29,328 bases of DNA from a virus (lineage: Duplodnaviria > Caudoviricetes): IMG/VR virus record IMGVR_UViG_3300032295_002282, positions 1 to 29,328 of that record, one strand, 5' to 3'. Positions 1 to 8,165 of the stretch are shown here, piece by piece. Below the pieces are notes generated by a model, which saw nothing but the letters and a program-made list of their open reading frames with translations, did no database searches and was not told the DNA's origin. Made by a program: the position numbers and the translations under genes. The first letter of the stretch is position 1, and every line of letters starts with the position of its first letter.

Positions 1-123
1 TTACAGTGTCATACTTTAATGCGCCACCTGTAAAATAAATGTTGTTACGTGGTATTTCTAATTTATCAGCTATTTTATATACTTCATCAGACATATTTTT
101 TTGTCTGCGAGTAATGATATAAA
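1..123. repeat. Terminal direct repeat, left copy (circular-assembly overlap)
   Basis: 1-123 is identical to 29206-29328. The protease reading frame runs uninterrupted through the join. Confidence 0.97.
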
Positions 124-1300
124 CATTATATCCAGCATCTACATATCTTTTAGCACGCATTTGTCCTTCAGGTGTGTCTAACACATCATCAAAATCAAAT
201 GATACTCTGTTTTCGTTAGGATAGTAAGGTGCTACTGGTTTAGCTTCATAAGTTGAACCTATTTTAGCTAATTCAGTTTTTTTTTCCTTTTGACGAATTA
301 TCTTTTGAGCATATGGTAACATTGCTTCACCACCCCATAATCCAACACTAATGTAAGCACAGCTATTTAAATAATCAGGATCTGATTTATCAATAAATGT
401 GATTGCACGAGATAAATAAGCATTTACACGCTTAATTGTTTCATATGATAATGGTTTACCTTGAGCTATTTGTTGTGCTCTAATTTTGCCAACTGCTGTA
501 CCACATTTTTGTGACGCAGTTCTTTCCTCATTTTTCTTAATCGCTGAAGCGGCAGCTTTCTTAGCAGCTTCAGGATAATCTGTATAACTTTCAAGTTCAA
601 CACGTGCTCCTTTTTTTAATCGTTTATCTTTTTTAATTATGCCTGTAATGGATTGCAACATATCCATTGCCTCTTCCTCTTCAATTTCATTCATTTGAGC
701 AAGTAATGTCTGATTAATTAGATCAACTAATATATCAGCTTGTGATTCTATTTTAGCTAATTTGAGGTTATGTTTAAGTAAACCTTCAATACTAAATCCT
801 TTATAAGCACCACTTTTTACTTCTTCCCAGATTTTCTTGTTATCTACCTTTGCCATAACAACCCAAGAACCAATAGGTAAATCTAAACCATATGCTCTTG
901 ATTTATCAAAGTTAGGGTCATCAACAATCCAACTTTCAAAAACATAGATATCATTTACTGGACGTTTATGGTCAACAGTAAATTTATCATTATTTTTATT
1001 TTTGAAATATAATTCTTGAGCTCTTTTTATTGTATCGGCTTCAAAGTAGATGTAGTATTCTTCACCTGTTTGCGGATCACGACGGATGATTTTCTTATTT
1101 GGAACGAGTACTGCACCGATGAGGGTTTGTTGCTCATCATTCGCTTCTTGAAGTAATACCTTCTCTTCTGCGCCTTCTTTAGACAAGTAGATGAAGTCTT
1201 CTTCGATAGCTGGATTTTCCACCAAACTGATAGCATATATACCTTGCTCTGAACCTTCTTCAAGTTCATCTTCGTTTATTTTTAGTTCGTATAATTTCAT
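1..1300 (-). CDS. 5' part of a multidomain prohead protease (XkdF-like serine peptidase). It continues across the join into 28700..29205, about 601 aa in total.
   Basis: Manual translation from ATG 1300 gives MKLYELKINEDE...AISLVENPAIE...LIGAVLVPNKKI...FTVDH...ESWIV...LPIGSWVVMAKVDN..IWEEVKSGAYKGFSIEG. The frame is open to base 1 and in frame with track ORF 28700..29299. It is absent from the ORF track. Confidence 0.9.
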   Translation of the reverse strand, partial: MKLYELKINEDELEEGSEQGIYAISLVENPAIEEDFIYLSKEGAEEKVLLQEANDEQQTLIGAVLVPNKKIIRRDPQTGEEYYIYFEADTIKRAQELYFKNKNNDKFTVDHKRPVNDIYVFESWIVDDPNFDKSRAYGLDLPIGSWVVMAKVDNKKIWEEVKSGAYKGFSIEGLLKHNLKLAKIESQADILVDLINQTLLAQMNEIEEEEAMDMLQSITGIIKKDKRLKKGARVELESYTDYPEAAKKAAASAIKKNEERTASQKCGTAVGKIRAQQIAQGKPLSYETIKRVNAYLSRAITFIDKSDPDYLNSCAYISVGLWGGEAMLPYAQKIIRQKEKKTELAKIGSTYEAKPVAPYYPNENRVSFDFDDVLDTPEGQMRAKRYVDAGYNVYIITRRQKNMSDEVYKIADKLEIPRNNIYFTGGALKYDTV

Positions 1301-1312
1301 AATAATATGGTT

Positions 1313-3676
1313 TTAACCGCCAGTTGATAAAGCTGTTTGAACTGGAGCATCTGATGAATTTTGTACGCCATTACCTCTTCTACGTCTATCAAGTGCTTGT
1401 TGTGAAGTAACTTGAGTTGATACAACATATGCTTGAACAGGACGTTGTTGTGCACCTGCAATTGATTGTTGTATTGCTAAATTTGGATTAGCAGCTGATA
1501 AACCAACTGTTGGAGCAGCCGCTTGAGCTATACTTGGTACTGATGGTTTAGCTATACTTGTACCTCCACCACCTAGACTTGCACCACCTCCACCACCACC
1601 AGATGATTTTTTATTTGCAGATTTAATTTTACTAATACCTGATGCAGCAGCAGCTACAGCAGTAGCAATACCTAATCCTGCTCTAATTTTAGCTGCAGTA
1701 GCTAAACCAGCAGCGATACCAGGACCTGCAAAAGGAATTGCTGAATATGAAGCAAAGTAACCTGCAATCTCACGTTGTGTATCAATTACAATTTTAGCAA
1801 TGTTAGTACCTTGTTCAATTACAATTGCTGCAATAGCTAAACCTTTACTTTCTTCACCAAATTGACCTAATAAATTACCTAATGCGGCAATATTACCAAT
1901 AGTCAAATCTTGTAATTGTCTTAATGCCTCTTGTTTTGATTTTTCAATCGCTACTTGTTGTTCAGAAGCATTTACAGTGATTGCTGTTTGAGTATCAGCA
2001 GTTGCTTGTGCTAATTCATTTGATTGATCAGCAAAATTCTTTTGTATTTCTGCTTTGTATTGTCCACTCGATTCAACTACACTAGTAAGTGCTGCTTCAC
2101 GTTGTGTAGCTGCTTCAAAATCTAATGCTGTTTTCTGAGTGTTATATTCTGCATCGGTAATTGTTTCTGCTGCTCTTTGTTCTTCTAACTTACGTTGTTT
2201 AGCAGCAAACTCATTATCAATAGTTGTTATTTTTACATTTAATAATGCATCTGCATCCTCAATTGCTTTATCTAAAGCTTTCTTTCTATCATCTTCTGCT
2301 TTTTCATCTGCTTTTTCTTTAGCATCATTAGTAATAGCCTGATCTTGAGCAGTATAACGTGCATTAACAGCATTAACTGCTTTCAAGTATTGTTCTTGAG
2401 TAATTAATTTAGCATCAAGATTAGCTTTTAATTTAGCTAAATCATCATCACGTTGAAATTGAATTTCTAAGCGACGTTGTGCTTCGTCATCAAGTAATGC
2501 TTTAGTAGCAGTACGTTGTGCCTCTAAAATCATTTTTTCTACATCGGCAGCTGTTTGCTTTTGTTTTTCAGCAAATTGTTCTGCTTCACGTTGTGCTTTT
2601 TCACGATCTTGTTTACGTTGAGAAGCACGCTTTGCACCTGCTGCCTCATTATCTTTTCTAATACCTTCTTGTACTGCATAGTTGTTTATGCGTTGCTGAG
2701 ATTGTAAATCTTTAATACGAGCAGTAGTTTCAATCTCACCTTTAGTATAATCATCAGATATCTTAGAAAAATCCTTAGCATTTAAGTTTCTATCTGTTAA
2801 TGCTTTATTATAAATTTGAGTACGTTCTTTTTGAGCGCGTTTTAATGACTCAATTTCTCCAGTAATATTTTCATTTGTGATTCTATTAAGTTCAGCTCCT
2901 GAAGCACCTATTGCTTTTGCTTGTGCTATTCTTTCAGCACCATTACGTTTAAGTGCTCTTAATTCACCATTTAATCCTACATCTACTAATTCTAATGATT
3001 TAGTAAATGCAGCATTTGCAGCAGTTGCTTCTGCTGTATTGTCAATAAAATCAATTAATGCGCTAACTGCTAGACCTAAACCAACAACTAAGGCACCAAT
3101 ACCAGTTGCAATAAGGGCGCTTGAAAATGCTCTTACACCTACTGATGCTGTTGTTGCACTTACACCAACCGCATTTAAAGCCGTTGATGTTGCTACTGTA
3201 GTGGTAGCAAATAATTTTTGGATACCAGATGTAGTTTGAATTACAACACCTAAGTTTTTAAACGCATCTTGTGCTGCTAATAATTGGTTTATACCCTGAG
3301 TAAATGCAAGTAAACCTTGTATTTTAAGTAATGATTTTTGTACATCCTCAGATTCAACACCAAAGGCAGCTAATGCACCTTGTACAGCAGTAAAACCACC
3401 TAACACACCTGTTAATGCTTGTCCTACCGCAGCAAATTTCTTATCAGCATCAAAGGCAGCAGCTAACGCTCTAGCATCACCTAATGTATCTCTTAATTCA
3501 CCTACTTTTTGAGCGGCTTTAGCTGCTTCAGCAGAAGTTAATCCAAATTTAGCAACGGTATTTTCTAAGTCAATACTTGCCTCACGTAATTGTTTACGTA
3601 GATTGTCTGCTGAACCAGCTGCATTCTGCAACTGCGAGTCATCTACGTTTAATTTTATTTGTATTTCTTTGGCCAT
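1313..3676 (-). CDS. Tail tape measure protein
   Basis: 787 aa, Ala/Gln/Lys-rich helical and coiled-coil composition, with hydrophobic Gly/Ala segments (ALIATGIGALVVGLG, AIPFAGPGIAAG). Located at the end of the tail module. Confidence 0.85.
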   Translation of the reverse strand: MAKEIQIKLNVDDSQLQNAAGSADNLRKQLREASIDLENTVAKFGLTSAEAAKAAQKVGELRDTLGDARALAAAFDADKKFAAVGQALTGVLGGFTAVQGALAAFGVESEDVQKSLLKIQGLLAFTQGINQLLAAQDAFKNLGVVIQTTSGIQKLFATTTVATSTALNAVGVSATTASVGVRAFSSALIATGIGALVVGLGLAVSALIDFIDNTAEATAANAAFTKSLELVDVGLNGELRALKRNGAERIAQAKAIGASGAELNRITNENITGEIESLKRAQKERTQIYNKALTDRNLNAKDFSKISDDYTKGEIETTARIKDLQSQQRINNYAVQEGIRKDNEAAGAKRASQRKQDREKAQREAEQFAEKQKQTAADVEKMILEAQRTATKALLDDEAQRRLEIQFQRDDDLAKLKANLDAKLITQEQYLKAVNAVNARYTAQDQAITNDAKEKADEKAEDDRKKALDKAIEDADALLNVKITTIDNEFAAKQRKLEEQRAAETITDAEYNTQKTALDFEAATQREAALTSVVESSGQYKAEIQKNFADQSNELAQATADTQTAITVNASEQQVAIEKSKQEALRQLQDLTIGNIAALGNLLGQFGEESKGLAIAAIVIEQGTNIAKIVIDTQREIAGYFASYSAIPFAGPGIAAGLATAAKIRAGLGIATAVAAAASGISKIKSANKKSSGGGGGGASLGGGGTSIAKPSVPSIAQAAAPTVGLSAANPNLAIQQSIAGAQQRPVQAYVVSTQVTSQQALDRRRRGNGVQNSSDAPVQTALSTGG

Positions 3677-3852
3677 AGTGTTGTTGTCAATGTTTTAAAA
3701 CTACGTTTAAATTTTTTAACCGCTGTCTTTTTGTCAATAGCTAATTCGTATTTTCCCTTAGCCATGTCTATAACCTCGTGTTGCGCAATGTGTGGTGCTG
3801 CATTTAGTAGCTTCCACACAAGGTCAATGTTTATATTTGGGTGTTGTATCAT
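3655..3852 (-). CDS. Hypothetical protein upstream of the tape measure gene
   Basis: 65-aa ORF filling the gap between the 904-aa tail gene and the tape measure gene, on the coding strand. Confidence 0.7.
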   Translation of the reverse strand: MIQHPNINIDLVWKLLNAAPHIAQHEVIDMAKGKYELAIDKKTAVKKFKRSFKTLTTTLWPKKYK

Positions 3853-3856
3853 AATT

Positions 3857-6571
3857 TTATCTTAAGTTTAATCTAGATGAGTTTTCCATTGAAGAACTAA
3901 ATACAGTATATTCGGCTCTTACAATACCACCACTTACTGATGCTGTTCCTGTCAATTGAGAGAATGAAGCATTATCTATATAAGATGATGTTTTTGGAAT
4001 TACTTGTGTACTACCTGATTGGAATCTGAAATATAAGTATCCTGATCCAGTTGCCCACAAACTACCATTTGGATTTTGATATGTTGGAGGTGTTACTAAT
4101 CCTGCTAGATATATTCCTGAAACAAATAATCCAGGTAGTGGTGATGTAGATGAACTTATAAATCCAATAGTATTCCATCCTGTTTCACTAAATGAAGGAT
4201 ATACTGAAGATGTAGAATATATAGCAGAAGCAGTTATCGAACCTGTTTGTATACCTAAGTTTGTTATTGAGAATCCAATATAATTGTTTATATCAGTTGA
4301 AAGTGATTGACTTTTATTTCCAAATAACTGTTTAGATGATCCAATTGTTGGATGAACTGAAGCTGTGCCTGGTATAATAAGTGTTTCAACTTTTGGAAAT
4401 TCATAGTACATATAAACTGATGATGTACCATTCCAAGTTACTCTAGTTCCTGAATCAATATCAATTTTTTGTCCACCTGCACCTCTAATTTTATATAAGT
4501 TAGATCCTGAATAACCACCACTTACAAAAATAAATGTATTTGCTTGAGGTTGATTTATGTAAGATGAATGGTAAAGTGAATTTGAAATATAAGTAAATGG
4601 AGTCCACTTAGAATCATTTTCTAAAGGCATTGATGCCGTAGTAGTATTTCTATAAATAGAAGCTGTTAATGGGTATAAACTACCTGTATCAGTAACATCC
4701 ATATATTGATCAAAATAGAATCTTACTGATTGAGTTGTGAAACAACTACCACTTGTATTTGCTAAACTTTGAGAAACACTATTAAAATATATTTGTGCTT
4801 GTGATTGAGCATCTGCTTGTGAACAAGAACTATATGATTGAGAGGCTGGTATAGATACATTTACAAAAGTACCATATTCAGGTCCTGCAGAACAATCATT
4901 TTTCTGTACAGTAGCACTTATAGCTGTGTTGTAATATAATCCAACTTTATCTACTCTAAAATTAGCAAACGTAGCATCACTTGCACTAAATGGTGTCATT
5001 GTATATGCTACTTTAACTATATTACCACAAGAACTTACAGCAATGGAAGCAAAATTTGTAGTCCAAGCTTGTCCACTTGTATATTGAATTGGATTACCAT
5101 TTAAATCAACAAATTTGAAATAATAGTAATTTGATTGTGAAACATATGAAGCAACATCTGAATTTATCAATGAACCAGTTATGTAAACAGGTTCTAAACC
5201 ATCTAATCCACTAGGAACAGTGAAATAAGAATGTACTCTAAATTTAGCATCATTTGCATCTGGAAAATCAGTTGAACTTGTATATAGGAATGAAGCTGTA
5301 ATTGGTTTAAGTGTACCACTAATTAATAAATCACCTGTAAGTATAGGTTGTGTAACAATATCATTTGCAAGTCCTAAACTTTGGGTAAAGTTATTATATA
5401 ATTTAGGTTTAGATTCTAGTGGTATTGTTACAGTTTGACCAAATGAAGTAATTTGAGTAGGTCCAAACATAAATGCTGTACCGTTACCTTCATTAATACC
5501 TACAAACATTATTTTTTCATTATTTTTATCTCTAGGCTTAACCCAAACATATGATCCTGAAGTTGCTGTAATTCCATTTAAATCGTAATTTACACTACCA
5601 GAATTTTGACTTGAACTAATATAACCTGCTATAGCCCATTTAGGATCATTTTCTGCAGGAGCATTTGCTGAACCAGATGCTGCTGATGAAGTATATAAAT
5701 AAGACATTGTAACTGGGAAGTTACTTGTATCTTGAACATCTGTTTGGAATGTAGATCTAAGTGTGAAACAGAATGTAGATCCTGTATCACAACTACCACT
5801 TGCATTAGCCCAACTTTGAGATACACTATTGAAATAGTTTTGAGCGCTTGTTTGAGCTTCACTTAATGAACAAGTACTTACTGATTGAGAAGCAGGTACT
5901 GTTACTAAACTAAATGAACCAGTATAACAAACAGCACAATCATTTCTTTGTACTGATGCACTGATTTGTGTATTGTAATAATAATTTATTGAACAAGTAC
6001 CATTTGTATTTGCATACGACTGAGAAGTAGCTGCAAAATAAATAGATGCACTTGTATTTGCTTCACTTAATGAACAAGTATTTGTAAACATTGATGATGA
6101 AGCAGGTATTGTATAAAGTACAGATGAACCTGTTTGACAAGTAGGACAATCATTTTTAGTAATTGAACCACTTATTTGTATATTATAGAAAGTATTAATT
6201 GAACAACTACCAAAAGAATTGGCATTTGATTGACTAACACTAGTTAAATAAGCTAATGCTTGGGCATTTGCGTTTGCTTGAGATGCAGTTGAAGTAAAAG
6301 CATCTGCTGGTACTATTGTAGTATAAAAACTACCTGTTTGACAAGTAGGACAATTATTCTTTTGTGTTGATGCACTTATTGCTGTATTACCATAACTACC
6401 ACTTACACTACCACTAAATACAAATGTATAAGAACCTGTAACACCTGCCCCATAACATAAATTAGCTACTGACATAGTAACACAATTTACACCAGGTGAA
6501 CCTGCTAAAGCTTGAATCATATCTATGTTGATAGGATAACTGTTAGGTACTGTTAAATAAACTGTAGGCAT
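3857..6571 (-). CDS. Tail-associated or receptor-binding protein with four DUF5977-like repeats and four copies of a second degenerate domain
   Basis: 904 aa, Ser/Thr-rich. Repeats of the form YYNT.ISAS.Q.NDC...GS....PAS...S...A...A..YF.S.SQS.AN..G.C. Confidence 0.75.
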   Translation of the reverse strand: MPTVYLTVPNSYPINIDMIQALAGSPGVNCVTMSVANLCYGAGVTGSYTFVFSGSVSGSYGNTAISASTQKNNCPTCQTGSFYTTIVPADAFTSTASQANANAQALAYLTSVSQSNANSFGSCSINTFYNIQISGSITKNDCPTCQTGSSVLYTIPASSSMFTNTCSLSEANTSASIYFAATSQSYANTNGTCSINYYYNTQISASVQRNDCAVCYTGSFSLVTVPASQSVSTCSLSEAQTSAQNYFNSVSQSWANASGSCDTGSTFCFTLRSTFQTDVQDTSNFPVTMSYLYTSSAASGSANAPAENDPKWAIAGYISSSQNSGSVNYDLNGITATSGSYVWVKPRDKNNEKIMFVGINEGNGTAFMFGPTQITSFGQTVTIPLESKPKLYNNFTQSLGLANDIVTQPILTGDLLISGTLKPITASFLYTSSTDFPDANDAKFRVHSYFTVPSGLDGLEPVYITGSLINSDVASYVSQSNYYYFKFVDLNGNPIQYTSGQAWTTNFASIAVSSCGNIVKVAYTMTPFSASDATFANFRVDKVGLYYNTAISATVQKNDCSAGPEYGTFVNVSIPASQSYSSCSQADAQSQAQIYFNSVSQSLANTSGSCFTTQSVRFYFDQYMDVTDTGSLYPLTASIYRNTTTASMPLENDSKWTPFTYISNSLYHSSYINQPQANTFIFVSGGYSGSNLYKIRGAGGQKIDIDSGTRVTWNGTSSVYMYYEFPKVETLIIPGTASVHPTIGSSKQLFGNKSQSLSTDINNYIGFSITNLGIQTGSITASAIYSTSSVYPSFSETGWNTIGFISSSTSPLPGLFVSGIYLAGLVTPPTYQNPNGSLWATGSGYLYFRFQSGSTQVIPKTSSYIDNASFSQLTGTASVSGGIVRAEYTVFSSSMENSSRLNLR
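4742..6394 (-). repeat. Four DUF5977-like coding repeats (~6394-6203, 6190-5993, 5980-5789, 4936-4742)
   Basis: Same Cys-bounded consensus as the repeats in the upstream gene. Confidence 0.85.
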
Positions 6572-6580
6572 AATTTAATT

Positions 6581-8161
6581 TTAAGGGCACAATGCTTTAT
6601 TTGATAAAATTCCTCCATTATTGATTTGTGCTACAGCGGCTGGAGTTGATGTTCCATCTGCAGTATAAGCATACCATTGATTACCACCAACAAAACCAGT
6701 TATAAGACTTGTATCTGAGTATAATCTAGTTACTGCTGTTAAAGTACTTTCTGATGCATAGTAATCATTGTAAGTATCAGTTGGTTGATTTGTACAAGCA
6801 CTACCTGAATCACTATAACCAAAAGTATCATTATAAATTCTATAGGTATAGTAACTCGAGCCTGTTATGCAAGTACCATTTGTATTCGCATACGATTGTG
6901 AAGTACTATTAAAATATGTTGAAGCACTAGCCTGAGCATCTGGTTGAGATACACTTGAACTAAATACTGAAGCGCTTATTGTATATGTAACAAACGATCC
7001 TGTTGCACTACCTGTACAATCATTTTTCTGTATTGAAGCACTAATTTGTGTGTTATAATACAATGAAGATGTTGTACAAGTACCGTTTGTATTAGCATAT
7101 GATTGAGATGTGCTATTGAAGTATGCTGAAGCACTTGCTTGAGCATCTCCTTGTGATACACTAGAACTGAAATTACCAGCTGGTAAAGTATATGTTACAA
7201 ATGATCCTGTAGTACTACCTGTACAATCATTCTTTTGAATGGATGCACTTATAGCTGTATTATAAAATATTGAAGAAGTACAAATACCATATGTGTTAGC
7301 ATATGATTGAGATGTGCTGTTGAAATAAGCACTTGCACTTGCTTGAGCAATAGGTTGAGATACGCTTGAACTAAATGTTGAGGCACTTACTGTATAATTA
7401 ACAAATGAACCTGTTAAACTACCTGTGCAATCATTTCTTTGTATTGAAGCGCTTATAGCTGTATTATAATACATTGGACTAGAAGGACAAGATCCAGTAG
7501 TATAATCTATTTTAATTGTTACAGAGTTTGGATTGTTACAACAGTTTGAACCTGTAATACCAAATGTTACTACTTGACTTGAAGTATTATATAATACTGA
7601 ACCATATAATGTAGGCGGTTGTTCGCACGTGTTATCAAATGTAAATTTATTATCTAAACTACCTTCTAATAATGGACCTAATAATTCCATTCTACATTCA
7701 CCTGTTCTTAAATTGTAGTCATTTATAGCACGTAGATGATAATAGTTAGAACGTAATTGAATAATATCATTTAATTCTAATTTACTATAAACAGCAAAAG
7801 GTAATACTGCATTACATCTTAAAATTCTAGTTCTAGGATCATAAAGTAAATTTACATAATTACTCCAGTATTTGTCATAAAGTGACTGTGAAGGGGTTTG
7901 TGTACCATACACAGGCTCTTCATTTAAAAATAGTAATGACAACGAACTTGTAGTCGTTGTCTGTCCACTATAATGATCAAAATAAGGGAATGCTGTAAAT
8001 GTATCAGTAGTTACAAGTGTACTACCTGTATTATAATATTGTACTTTAATAGTGTCACACTCTTTAGTACCATTATAGAAAAATATTCTAGGAAATACTT
8101 TGGCAGGTGCAAAACTTTCATTCGAAATAAAGTAAGGTATGTATATTTTGTTTTTCGCCAT
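6581..8161 (-). CDS. Tail tip protein: tail-hub C-terminal-like domain followed by three DUF5977-like repeats
   Basis: 526 aa. N-terminal PRIFFYNG...SLYDKYWSNYVNLLY...LELNDII...AINDYN region, then three ~68-aa tandem Cys-bounded repeats. Confidence 0.75.
   Translation of the reverse strand: MAKNKIYIPYFISNESFAPAKVFPRIFFYNGTKECDTIKVQYYNTGSTLVTTDTFTAFPYFDHYSGQTTTTSSLSLLFLNEEPVYGTQTPSQSLYDKYWSNYVNLLYDPRTRILRCNAVLPFAVYSKLELNDIIQLRSNYYHLRAINDYNLRTGECRMELLGPLLEGSLDNKFTFDNTCEQPPTLYGSVLYNTSSQVVTFGITGSNCCNNPNSVTIKIDYTTGSCPSSPMYYNTAISASIQRNDCTGSLTGSFVNYTVSASTFSSSVSQPIAQASASAYFNSTSQSYANTYGICTSSIFYNTAISASIQKNDCTGSTTGSFVTYTLPAGNFSSSVSQGDAQASASAYFNSTSQSYANTNGTCTTSSLYYNTQISASIQKNDCTGSATGSFVTYTISASVFSSSVSQPDAQASASTYFNSTSQSYANTNGTCITGSSYYTYRIYNDTFGYSDSGSACTNQPTDTYNDYYASESTLTAVTRLYSDTSLITGFVGGNQWYAYTADGTSTPAAVAQINNGGILSNKALCP
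6869..7471 (-). repeat. Three tandem DUF5977-like coding repeats (~204-207 nt period)
   Basis: Unit starts near 7471, 7267 and 7060, with high nucleotide and amino-acid similarity. Confidence 0.9.
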
Positions 8162-8165
8162 TGTA

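Noticed and set aside
1027-1269. 80-aa minus-strand ORF in the track
   Set aside because: Alternative frame inside the protease gene that starts at 1300.
4742-7471. Similar repeats as a diversity-generating retroelement TR/VR pair
   Set aside because: No reverse transcriptase is present, all copies are in-frame coding units, and the differences are not adenine-specific.
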